Program-made: the position numbers and the translations under genes
In this document: in pieces, positions 8,893 through 17,045 of the stretch
How the letters are laid out: the number at the start of each line of letters is the position of its first letter
How positions within the stretch are numbered: the first letter of the stretch is position 1
Source: a bacterium
Lineage (GTDB): Bacteria; Caldisericota; JANLFM01
DNA length: 44,731 nt
Assembly (NCBI GenBank): GCA_037131855.1
Contig: JBAXQG010000001.1
Span: 1-44,731, forward strand
Reading direction: 5' to 3'
Notes under the pieces: generated by a model
Databases searched by the model: none
The model's input: only the letters and a program-made list of their open reading frames with translations
What the model was told of the DNA's origin: nothing

Positions 8893-9871
8893 TCCAGAAG
8901 AGGCCGCCCGTTTAATCAAATGCGGTTTCTTAGGCGCTTTTCCCACAGAGACAGTTTTCGGCCTAGGAGCACACCCCTTTCACCCAGCTTCTTTGCAGCG
9001 AATCTATGCAATCAAAGGGCGCGAAAAACGACAACCGCTCAGCCTTCACATCGGGCAGTTGCCGGATTTGTATAAGTTCTCACAAGATCTGCCTAGCGTG
9101 GTCAGCCGCCTGGTTGACCGCTTTTGGCCCGGTCCTTTGGCCCTAATCGTGCCGGCTTCTCCCCTGGTTCCAGCGGAGGCTCGTTCTCCAGGAGGGACAG
9201 TCTCCTTCCGTTATCCCTCTTCCCAGACTTGCCGGCTCTTCCTCCGTTATGTGGGCGCTCCGGTAGTGGGCACCTCGGCCAATAAAAGCGGCAGCCTGAG
9301 CCCCCTGGACGCGCTCGATGTAGAGGACGAGATCGGTGAAGAGATCGATTTCCTGTTGGAGGAGGAACCAATCTCCCCCACTGCAAGAGGACAGATTGCA
9401 GATCTGTTCCCATGCTCACAGACAGCAAGAACTCAACTGGAATCGACCCTTGTCGACCTGACTGAGATTCCCTATCGGGTTCTTCGAATTGGTGCAATAA
9501 GCATCGAGAGACTTTCCGCAGAGACCCTCCTCCCCTTCCAAGAGGCCGGTCCTATTCTTTCCCCCTTGCGCTTGGCGCTATGGAAGGGGAGCCCGCTAGC
9601 TATGGCAAAATACCTGAGAGAAAACATCATCGAAGAGGGCAGCGTGGCATTGGCGAGGATGCCGCTTTCTTTGCCAGAAGGAATTGTTCATGTGAGACTT
9701 CCGGAGATGGGGATTGATCTATTCCGTCTGCTTGCGCGCTTGCAGCGGGAACGGGTTCCACGTATCTATTGCCAAGACATCTGGCCTGTCACAACGACTA
9801 TTTATAGGAGGTTGGCAGCAAGAACTGAACAATTTATCGATCTGGAGAAAGGAGAGAAGACATGCATCTAG
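8876..9871 (+). CDS. sua5: L-threonylcarbamoyladenylate synthase, Sua5/YwlC type (YrdC domain plus C-terminal Sua5 domain)
   Basis: FPTETVFGLGAHPF, IYAIKGREKRQPLSLHI, RFWPGPLALIV, GTSANKSG. ATG 8876 follows GGAGAAGG and overlaps the plsY 3' end by 17 nt. Confidence 0.9.
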   Translation: MTRLVDPEEAARLIKCGFLGAFPTETVFGLGAHPFHPASLQRIYAIKGREKRQPLSLHIGQLPDLYKFSQDLPSVVSRLVDRFWPGPLALIVPASPLVPAEARSPGGTVSFRYPSSQTCRLFLRYVGAPVVGTSANKSGSLSPLDALDVEDEIGEEIDFLLEEEPISPTARGQIADLFPCSQTARTQLESTLVDLTEIPYRVLRIGAISIERLSAETLLPFQEAGPILSPLRLALWKGSPLAMAKYLRENIIEEGSVALARMPLSLPEGIVHVRLPEMGIDLFRLLARLQRERVPRIYCQDIWPVTTTIYRRLAARTEQFIDLEKGEKTCI

Positions 9872-10197
9872 TTCCTGAGAAGGAAAGCATATTGAAGGGT
9901 CTAAACTCTTTCAAGGCGATCGCCAAGCAAGATCTCCTTGTTGCCGCGACGATCAACAATCCAGAGTTCTGGCAGCGGCATGCGGAGTCTCGGCGGCTGG
10001 TCTATAAGGAGTTGATCGCCCAAGTCGAGGAGGAAGGCGTGGACAGCGCTTGCGCTCATGCCCTAAACGAGTGCCGTAGGGCCATTCAACAACGCGAGGA
10101 GACAGCGGATTCCAAGGGTAAACAAGAAGCTTTAGAGAATTTTCTCGCTCTCTGTGGATTTGAAGAACGGACCATTAGGGCCAGTCAAAGCGAGTAG
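9862..10197 (+). CDS. hypothetical protein, 111 aa, predicted helical, no family recognised
   Basis: The ATG 9862 ORF overlaps the sua5 stop by 10 nt and ends 1 nt before a candidate start of the next gene. Its codon usage looks like that of its neighbours. I saw no recognisable motif. Confidence 0.5.
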   Translation: MHLVPEKESILKGLNSFKAIAKQDLLVAATINNPEFWQRHAESRRLVYKELIAQVEEEGVDSACAHALNECRRAIQQREETADSKGKQEALENFLALCGFEERTIRASQSE

Positions 10198-11275
10198 CGT
10201 GTCAAATGGTTGGGATCGAGTCGACTCCCTCCTGGAGCTGAAAGGATCCTGGAACTCTTTCCTATTGGCTTCCTCCACCCCGGATTTCTTCCGAAGTTGG
10301 GAATGGTTGGAGGCATGGTTGGCAGTTTTTGGCGCTGGCAAACGACCTTGCATTCTGGCCTACTTCGACCGGGATGGTTTGGCAGGACTGGCTCCCCTTT
10401 GCATTACTTCATTTCTCGGCCTTGAACGGATCACTTTCCTCGGCGCTGGTGTTTCAGATCGCCATGGTTTCATCGTTCGCCCCGGGAAAGAAGACGCCTT
10501 TGCTCGAGGATTGCCTCAAGCTCTGGACCAATATACTGGTTGGCAACTCTGCGACCTTCAGGAGTTGCCGGAAGACGATCCAGTTTCCCAACGCTTGCAG
10601 GGCGTTCTCCCCTCACCCAAGAAACGGGTTTCTTTGCAGAGCAAGCTGCCCTACCTGACCCTGCCGGCTACCTGGGAGGAGTTCTTGGGTGGTTATGGAA
10701 AGAAGCGGCGCGACAAGATCAAGTATTACCCCCGAATGTTAGGCCGCGACCATCGATGGTCAATCGAGGAAGCTAACCAGGAAAATTTGCCGGGACGTTT
10801 GAATGCATTGGCTTCTCTGAATGTACGCCGCTGGCTGCGGAAAGGGATCCCTTCCTCATTCCTCCAGCCGGGTTTCCGTCTTTTCCACGCACGAGCGGCA
10901 AAGGCTATGTTGGGGGGAGCCTTGCGGCTCTACACTCTCCTCGTCGACGGGCAACCAGGGGCAATTCTTTACGGCTATTCTTTCGGCAGACGTTTTTCAT
11001 TCTACCTCTGCGCGCAGGATGACCAATTCTCGCGCTATGGCCTTGGCTTTATCCTCCAGGTTGAAGCTATCCGCCGGGCCATCGAGGAGGATTGCCTAAT
11101 TTTTGATTTCCTCAAAGGACTAGAGGATTACAAGATGCATTGGAAACCACAGGTTGCTGTCAACCAACGACTTTTGCTGCGACGTGGGGGATGGGAGAGT
11201 GGAATTGGAGCGAGTCTGATCTGGGCTGAGCATCAGCTTGTACAAGGAATTAAACGAAAGGCGAAGCGCATTTGA
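10154..11275 (+). CDS. GNAT-superfamily acyltransferase of the CelD/BioF2-like (FemAB-related, Acetyltransf_6) type
   Basis: N-terminal W..L...W..L..S..PDFFRSWEWLEAW and C-terminal ...ILYGYSFGRRFSFYLCAQDDQFSRYGLGFIL...FDFLKGLEDYKMHWKP are typical of this family. The start is GTG 10154 (longest) or GTG 10199 (1 nt after the upstream stop). Confidence 0.8.
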   Translation: MDLKNGPLGPVKASSVSNGWDRVDSLLELKGSWNSFLLASSTPDFFRSWEWLEAWLAVFGAGKRPCILAYFDRDGLAGLAPLCITSFLGLERITFLGAGVSDRHGFIVRPGKEDAFARGLPQALDQYTGWQLCDLQELPEDDPVSQRLQGVLPSPKKRVSLQSKLPYLTLPATWEEFLGGYGKKRRDKIKYYPRMLGRDHRWSIEEANQENLPGRLNALASLNVRRWLRKGIPSSFLQPGFRLFHARAAKAMLGGALRLYTLLVDGQPGAILYGYSFGRRFSFYLCAQDDQFSRYGLGFILQVEAIRRAIEEDCLIFDFLKGLEDYKMHWKPQVAVNQRLLLRRGGWESGIGASLIWAEHQLVQGIKRKAKRI

Positions 11276-11276
11276 G

Positions 11277-12605
11277 GTGTTGACGATTCCCAATTTGCTG
11301 ACCATTTTGCGTCTGGCAGCCGTAGCGCCGCTGGTTATCTTCATTCTTGCGCGAAATTCATTGGCAGCTTTCCTGGTCATTCTTTTCGCCACCCTTTCTG
11401 ATTATTTGGACGGCTATTTAGCGCGACGGTTCAATCAGGAGACCAGGCTTGGAAAGATCCTCGATCCCACTGCCGACAAGCTGTTGGGCAGCGCTGCTTT
11501 TATTTCCTTGTGCATTGCCCAGTATCTGCCTTGGAGCATCTTCGCCCTTTTCGCCGCGCGGGACTTGATCCTCCTTATCACCATGTTTATCCTAACCGCC
11601 CAACGCAAACAGATCCTCACCGAAACCAAAGCCGGCAAGTTTTCCACCGGTCTTTTTATGTTAAGCCTCGCTCTTGTGGTCATTGAAGTCCCTTATGCTA
11701 TCCTCCTCTTTTATCTTTGTTACGCGATCTACCTATACACCGGAGCGACTTATGTCATTCGAATATTCCAGACTCCGGAAGGCAAGGAATTAAAAGAGGA
11801 AGCCAAGCGTCGCTTCCGCAAGCGCGCAGAAGGAGAGGAAGTGTTTCTTTCGGGAGACGATCATGCCTGTCACAGCACGGGGACTGATTTCAACTCTGTT
11901 GGCGTGCTGCCTAAAGCGATCCTTGCCGTTGACGCCCAGATCTACCTGAGGATCCCTATCCGCACCCACGAGATCAAGCCTCCTGATAGTTTACCGGAAC
12001 AAGTGTCAAGGTATGCTGGAAGGCTGCTTCGATCGAGCGACACATTGGTCCTTTCGGAAAAGATGGTTGCCGCTACCCAAAACCGATTGATCCTCGCTGA
12101 CTCCATCCACCCTACGCGTTTGGCTGTTTGGCTAGCCGGGAAGGTGACCAAAACTCCTTATGGAATCGGCCTGGGCAGCCCCTTGACGATGCAGTTAGCC
12201 TTGCGTGAATGCGGGACTTGGCGCATTCTCCTGGCTGCCGCCTTCGGGGCAGTTGGGAAACTGCTGGGGATCAAGGGTCTTTTCTACCGGGTAGCCGGGC
12301 GGCAAGCGGCATGGATTGACGGGGACGCCCCCTATGGGATGTTGCGCGGTCACGCCGTCTTGGGACCAAAAGAACCTGCTCGAGTCTGTCAGGAATTGGA
12401 CCATCTCCTCGGATGCCGAGTTGCTATCATGGACGTCAATGACATCGGCGGGTGCGAGATTTGCGGCGCCTCGCGCGGCGTTGACAAACGAACCTTATTG
12501 GCTTTGATGAAAGATAACCCTCTAGGCCAGGATGTCGAGCAGACTCCAATCGGGATCCTCCGTCCACTCGATGGGGGTCTGGCAACTCTCTTCCATTCTC
12601 GTTGA
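11277..12605 (+). CDS. fusion protein: PgsA-type CDP-alcohol phosphatidyltransferase (N-terminal, membrane) plus a CofE-like F420-0:gamma-glutamyl ligase family domain (C-terminal)
   Basis: N-terminal part: LTIPNLLTILR..., the CDP-OH transferase motif DYLDGYLARRFNQETRLGKILDPTADK, and multiple TM helices. A charged linker follows (KELKEEAKRRFRKRAEGEE). C-terminal part is colinear with CofE landmarks: SDTLVLSEKMVAATQNRL, AAWIDGDAPYG, GCRVAIMDVNDIGG, EQTPIGILRPL. GTG 11277 lies 1 nt after the GNAT stop; the longest ORF starts at TTG 11238. Confidence 0.85.
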   Translation: MLTIPNLLTILRLAAVAPLVIFILARNSLAAFLVILFATLSDYLDGYLARRFNQETRLGKILDPTADKLLGSAAFISLCIAQYLPWSIFALFAARDLILLITMFILTAQRKQILTETKAGKFSTGLFMLSLALVVIEVPYAILLFYLCYAIYLYTGATYVIRIFQTPEGKELKEEAKRRFRKRAEGEEVFLSGDDHACHSTGTDFNSVGVLPKAILAVDAQIYLRIPIRTHEIKPPDSLPEQVSRYAGRLLRSSDTLVLSEKMVAATQNRLILADSIHPTRLAVWLAGKVTKTPYGIGLGSPLTMQLALRECGTWRILLAAAFGAVGKLLGIKGLFYRVAGRQAAWIDGDAPYGMLRGHAVLGPKEPARVCQELDHLLGCRVAIMDVNDIGGCEICGASRGVDKRTLLALMKDNPLGQDVEQTPIGILRPLDGGLATLFHSR

Positions 12606-12630
12606 CGGTCCTTTCAAATCTCCCTATACT
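12602..12630 (+). promoter_or_regulatory. candidate sigma-70/SigA-type promoter of the rimP-nusA-infB operon
   Basis: TTGACG (12602-12607, overlapping the upstream stop codon), a 17-nt spacer, then TATACT (12625-12630). Both hexamers match consensus at 5 of 6 positions. Confidence 0.45.
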
Positions 12631-12641
12631 TCAGCTGGATA

Positions 12642-12669
12642 AGAGTGGGGTTGGCCCACTCTTTTCGTT
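12642..12669 (+). terminator. intrinsic terminator-like hairpin (end of the upstream gene chain and/or leader attenuator of rimP)
   Basis: Perfect 8-bp stem AGAGTGGG/CCCACTCT (12642-12649 / 12655-12662) with a 5-nt loop, followed by TTTCGTT. It ends 7 nt before the rimP ATG. Confidence 0.6.
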
Positions 12670-12675
12670 CCCAGG

Positions 12676-13122
12676 ATGGAAACAAAGACGCTGAATTCAA
12701 TAGAAATCCGTGCCCGGCCGATATTGTTGAAGGCCGGTTATCGGCTGTTGGAAGCGATCATTGTGGGCAAGCGAGAGCCGGTCGTGCAACTGATTATTTT
12801 TTCTCCGGAAGGCATCTCTTTGGACGACTGCCAACGGGTGTCACGATTGCTTGGCAACGAGCTGGACGATCTTTTTCCTGCACGTTATCGATTGGAGGTC
12901 TCCTCCCCAGGGCTTGAGCGGGATATTAAAGACCCGGAGGAGTTTATCTTCTTTCGAGGGCGTGAGGCTCAGGTTCGCCTCAATCAGAAGATCGAGGGAG
13001 AGGATCTATTGATCGGGATTCTGGAGGGCCTAGAAGGAGAATCGGTGCTTCTAGAGGTCGATGGAAGGCAACGGGCTTTGCCCCTCCTTCTGATCGAGAA
13101 AGCTCGCTTGGTTTACCGTTGA
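12676..13122 (+). CDS. rimP: ribosome maturation factor RimP
   Basis: ...ISLDDCQRVSRLLGNELDDLFPARYRLEVSSPGLERDI...; position upstream of nusA. Confidence 0.9.
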   Translation: METKTLNSIEIRARPILLKAGYRLLEAIIVGKREPVVQLIIFSPEGISLDDCQRVSRLLGNELDDLFPARYRLEVSSPGLERDIKDPEEFIFFRGREAQVRLNQKIEGEDLLIGILEGLEGESVLLEVDGRQRALPLLLIEKARLVYR

Positions 13123-13136
13123 AGGGGGAGGCTGTT

Positions 13137-14168
13137 GTGTCAAAAGAGTTGATTATCGCCCTCGAACAAATTGAAAGAGAGAAGGGAATCCGCAAGGAAT
13201 CCTTGGTTGAGGCAATTGAAGTTGCTCTTACCACCGCTTACAGGAAAGATTACGGAGCCAGTCAGAATGTTCTTGTTGACCTTAATGTGAAGACTGGCGA
13301 GATTCACGTATTCGCTCAAAAAGATGTCGTTGAATTGGTGGAGAACAAATTCGCCTCCATTTCTTTAGAGGAAGCCCGTCAAATCGTGACGGAGGCTCAA
13401 TTGGGCGATATCGTCAAACAAGAGATTACACCCAAGGACTTTGGCCGCTTAGCCGCCCAGACCGCAAAACAGGTCGTATTTCAGAAGATCAAAGAAGCTG
13501 AGCGGGAAGCTGCTTTCCATGAATTCCTCGACAAGGAGGGAGAGATGCTGATGGGGGTGATCCGGCGTCGCGAGGGAACCACCATTTTCGTCGACTTGGG
13601 CAGAGCTGAGGCGGTCCTTATGCAGAAGGAGCAGGTTCCAGGAGAGCGTTATGAGATGAATGGGCACTACCGCATCTATCTCGCTTCTGTTCAGCAATCC
13701 AAGCGGGGACCGGAATTGATCGTCTCGAGGGCTCATCCAAATCTGGTACTCCGGCTTTTTGAGCTGGAAGTCCCGGAAATCTATGAGGGACGCGTTGAAA
13801 TAAAGAGTATCGCACGTGAGCCCGGAATGCGTTCAAAAGTAGCTGTCAGCTCTCGAGAGGAGAAAATCGACCCGGTAGGCGCCTGCGTTGGCCCGAAAGG
13901 GGTGCGTATCCAAGCCATCGTGCGAGAGCTGAGAGGAGAGCGAATCGACATTATCCGCTACGCCAAAGATTCCCAGGAGTTTATCGCCAACGCCCTCAGC
14001 CCAGCAAAAATCTCCCGTGTGCAACTGGATGAGAAAGCCAGGACTGCCAAAGTTTGGGTTGCGCTTGACCAACTCTCCCTAGCTATCGGTAAAGAAGGGC
14101 AGAACGCCAGATTGGCTGCCAAACTAACCAACTGGAAGATCGACATCCAATCCGAGGGGGCTAAATGA
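13137..14168 (+). CDS. nusA: transcription termination/antitermination factor NusA (no C-terminal AR repeats)
   Basis: [17 protein letters not shown]..., an S1 domain, and KH domains ([36 protein letters not shown]). GTG 13137 follows GGGGGAGG; the longest ORF starts at TTG 13119. Confidence 0.95.
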   Translation: MSKELIIALEQIEREKGIRKESLVEAIEVALTTAYRKDYGASQNVLVDLNVKTGEIHVFAQKDVVELVENKFASISLEEARQIVTEAQLGDIVKQEITPKDFGRLAAQTAKQVVFQKIKEAEREAAFHEFLDKEGEMLMGVIRRREGTTIFVDLGRAEAVLMQKEQVPGERYEMNGHYRIYLASVQQSKRGPELIVSRAHPNLVLRLFELEVPEIYEGRVEIKSIAREPGMRSKVAVSSREEKIDPVGACVGPKGVRIQAIVRELRGERIDIIRYAKDSQEFIANALSPAKISRVQLDEKARTAKVWVALDQLSLAIGKEGQNARLAAKLTNWKIDIQSEGAK

Positions 14169-14467
14169 GTTCGCATCCACCCCTGCGAACGTGTTCGGGT
14201 TGTGGCGGGGTATTCGCTAAAAAAGACCTATTGCGCATTGCTCGTTCCCCGCAGGGAGAACTATCCGTTGACCTGGTTGGAAAGAAGCCTGGTCGCGGGT
14301 TTTATCTTTGCCGACGGAAGCCATGTTTGGAGCGTGCGCTGAAGAACAGGAACCTGGCAAAGAAGATCGGAGCTTGTCTGAATGAGGAGCTTCTGACGCA
14401 GTTGCGCAAGTCTATTGAGAACGGACAGGAGGTTGAACCGTGCCGAAGAAACGAATCTATGAGTTAG
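14165..14467 (+). CDS. ylxR: YlxR/RnpM family protein (DUF448)
   Basis: [20 protein letters not shown]...GRGFYLC signature. ATGA overlap with the nusA stop. Confidence 0.9.
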   Translation: MSSHPPLRTCSGCGGVFAKKDLLRIARSPQGELSVDLVGKKPGRGFYLCRRKPCLERALKNRNLAKKIGACLNEELLTQLRKSIENGQEVEPCRRNESMS

Positions 14468-16371
14468 CCAAGGAGTTGAAGATCTCCAGCACCCAGCTGC
14501 TGTCCATTCTCAAGGAGCTTGGCGTGGAGGCGAAAACACATGCCTCGACCATCGAAGATGATGTGGCCAAACTAGTGCAGGAGATCTTGGCCGAACACCC
14601 CATACAGCTAGAAGTAGAACCGACAAGCGAAGCGGACCAAATCCAGGTGGCGGATGCCCAGACCATCCCTGAGACTGCAGGGGATTTTGCCAAGTTCTAC
14701 CACCTTGAACCAAGCAAAGTTGCCGAGTACCTCTGGAAGAAAGGCGAGATGGTTGCCGTCAACCAGCCACTCAGCCTCAAGGCCAAAGAGCTGTTGAAAA
14801 CAATGGTCCCCAGCGCGGCACTGCCGACTGCTGCAAGGCCTGGCGAGGCGCCCGGCGACCTAGGGGTTCATCATTCCCCCCAATCGAAAATGAACCCGGA
14901 TTGGGTCGGTAGAGCTCCGGTGGTCACCGTCTTGGGTCATGTTGATCATGGAAAGACCACCCTCCTTGACGCGATCCGGCATTCCTCCGTAGCGGAGAAG
15001 GAAAAAGGCGGGATCACCCAGAAAATTGGCGCTTCGGAGATCATGTTCAAAGGACAACGCATCGTTTTTATCGATACCCCCGGGCACGAAGCTTTTACCG
15101 CCATGCGAGCCCAAGGCGCAAAGGTAACCGATATCGCCGTTCTCGTTGTAGCGGCAGATGAAGGGGTCATGCCCCAGACCGTAGAAGCCCTCAATCATGC
15201 CAAAGCAGCCAAGGTCTCTGTTATCGTCGCCCTGAACAAAATGGATAAGGAAGGGGCAAATCCCGACCGGGTTAGGCAACAGCTCTCGGATTTGGGACTG
15301 GTCCCCGAGGAATGGGGGGGAGAGACCATCTACGTGCAGTTATCGGCCAAGAAGGGCGAGGGGGTCGACAAGCTTCTGGAGATGATCTCCCTTTTAGCCG
15401 AAGTGCAGGAGCTAAGAACCTCACCCAACGTCGCTGCGTTCGGCACCGTGATCGAAGCCAGGTTGGACAGGGGTCTGGGACCGGTGGCGGCGGTGATCGT
15501 TCAAGGAGGCGTTCTTCATGTCGGGGATATCCTGCAAGTAGGTGAGACCGGCGGCAAAGTGCGTTCTATCATTAACGCCATGGGAGAGCGTCTCAAACAA
15601 GCCGGCCCCTCCACTGCGGTTGAAATCGTCGGTTTGGAAGCTGTTCCCCAGCCTGGCGTACGTTTTCAGACGACGAAGGATCTGAAGTTGCAGCGCAGCA
15701 CTGAGAGTCTGCCGCAAGGGAAGGACTTCCGCTCCACGGATCGGCTCTACAAGGCTTTTCAGAAAGAGAGCAATAAGTTCCCGCTGGTTCTTAAAGCTGA
15801 TTCCCAAGGTACGTTGGACGCCCTGCTGGTAGCCATCAGCAAAGTAAAATCCACCGAGATGGTGATCGAGACAATGCATGCCGGTGTTGGGGCGATCACA
15901 GAATCTGATATCGATTTGGCCTCTGTTACGGCTTCGATGGTACTGGGCTTCAATGTACGTCCAGATTCCATGGCAAAAAAGGCCAGCGAGCGTGAAGGAA
16001 TCGAGATTCGCACCTATGATTTGATCTACGAACTGGTCACTGATTTGGAAGGATGCATCCGTGGGCGTTGCGAGCCTCGCATCGAGGAAAAACCTATGGG
16101 ACGCGCGGTGATCCGCAAGCTCTTCCGGGTGCCTAAGTTGGGTTTCATTGCCGGTTCCTACATTCAAGATGGCAAAGTTGAACGCAACTCCAAGGCGCGT
16201 GTCGTGCGAGACAACATCGTCATTGGGGAAACCAAAGTTACTTCGTTACGGCGCTTCAAAGAAGATGTCCGCGATGTGGCCAGCGGGTACGAATGTGGAA
16301 TCGGTTTGGACAAAGCAACTGATCTGCGCGAAGGCGATCTGTTGGAATTCTATACCTTGCAGCAGGTGTGA
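14440..16371 (+). CDS. infB: translation initiation factor IF-2
   Basis: IF2_N ([20 protein letters not shown]) and G-domain motifs [24 protein letters not shown], followed by the C-terminal domains. GTG 14440 overlaps ylxR by 28 nt. Confidence 0.97.
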   Translation: MPKKRIYELAKELKISSTQLLSILKELGVEAKTHASTIEDDVAKLVQEILAEHPIQLEVEPTSEADQIQVADAQTIPETAGDFAKFYHLEPSKVAEYLWKKGEMVAVNQPLSLKAKELLKTMVPSAALPTAARPGEAPGDLGVHHSPQSKMNPDWVGRAPVVTVLGHVDHGKTTLLDAIRHSSVAEKEKGGITQKIGASEIMFKGQRIVFIDTPGHEAFTAMRAQGAKVTDIAVLVVAADEGVMPQTVEALNHAKAAKVSVIVALNKMDKEGANPDRVRQQLSDLGLVPEEWGGETIYVQLSAKKGEGVDKLLEMISLLAEVQELRTSPNVAAFGTVIEARLDRGLGPVAAVIVQGGVLHVGDILQVGETGGKVRSIINAMGERLKQAGPSTAVEIVGLEAVPQPGVRFQTTKDLKLQRSTESLPQGKDFRSTDRLYKAFQKESNKFPLVLKADSQGTLDALLVAISKVKSTEMVIETMHAGVGAITESDIDLASVTASMVLGFNVRPDSMAKKASEREGIEIRTYDLIYELVTDLEGCIRGRCEPRIEEKPMGRAVIRKLFRVPKLGFIAGSYIQDGKVERNSKARVVRDNIVIGETKVTSLRRFKEDVRDVASGYECGIGLDKATDLREGDLLEFYTLQQV

Positions 16372-16372
16372 A

Positions 16373-16651
16373 ATGGTCGGTTGGGGTGAAATCGAACTAC
16401 TTGTTCCTGGCAGCCATTCCCTTAAAGACAAACGACAGGTTCTTTCCAGCCTGATGCAGAGAATACGACAGAATTTTAACCTCTCCCTCTGCGAGGTTGA
16501 GGGGCAAGACAGTTGGCAGCGTTCCCGCTTAGAAGCAGCTTGGGTGGGAACCAGCCAGACTGCGGTGGAGGAGACCTTCGCCGCATTGCTGCGAACCCTT
16601 GAAGGAAACCCTTCGATTCAGATCCTTACCTCCACTCACGAGGTCCTCTGA
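16373..16651 (+). CDS. DUF503 (YlxP-like) protein
   Basis: 92 aa: MVGWGEIELLVPGSHSLKDKRQVLSSL... ATG lies 1 nt after the infB stop. This is the conserved position between infB and rbfA. Confidence 0.85.
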   Translation: MVGWGEIELLVPGSHSLKDKRQVLSSLMQRIRQNFNLSLCEVEGQDSWQRSRLEAAWVGTSQTAVEETFAALLRTLEGNPSIQILTSTHEVL

Positions 16652-16658
16652 ACCCGGT

Positions 16659-17045
16659 ATGGTCAGTCCACTACGACGCGAGAAGCTGCAAGAGGCAATC
16701 CGTGAGTTGATCGCTACGGTCGTCCACCGGGAGTTGAAAGACCCGCGCGTGGGATTTGCCACGATCACAAAAGTCGAGATGACTCCGGATGGGCGGTCGG
16801 TAAAAGTCTTCTTTTCAGTCCTGGGCACCGCGGAGCAGGTACAGCAAACCATGGAAGGCCTGACCAAGGCGCAGGGTTTTCTCCAGAAGCGCGTTGCCGA
16901 GCATTTGCAGATGCGCTTGGCCCCCCGCTTGCAGGTTGTTTATGATGATTCCTTGGAAAAGGCGATGCAGGTTCAACAGCTCCTAAAACGATTGGAAGAG
17001 GAGAATAAGAGCCATCCTCCCGACCCTGCTTGCCCAGATCATTGA
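16659..17045 (+). CDS. rbfA: ribosome-binding factor A
   Basis: RREKLQEAIRELIATVVHRELKDPRVGFATITKVEMTPDGRSVKVFFSVLG... Confidence 0.9.
   Translation: MVSPLRREKLQEAIRELIATVVHRELKDPRVGFATITKVEMTPDGRSVKVFFSVLGTAEQVQQTMEGLTKAQGFLQKRVAEHLQMRLAPRLQVVYDDSLEKAMQVQQLLKRLEEENKSHPPDPACPDH

Noticed and set aside
11900-12605. The CofE-like domain taken as evidence for a coenzyme F420 biosynthesis cluster.
   Set aside because: No cofC, cofD, fbiC/cofGH or F420-dependent enzyme genes are present in the window. The neighbours are phospholipid genes (plsY, the PgsA domain) and a GNAT.
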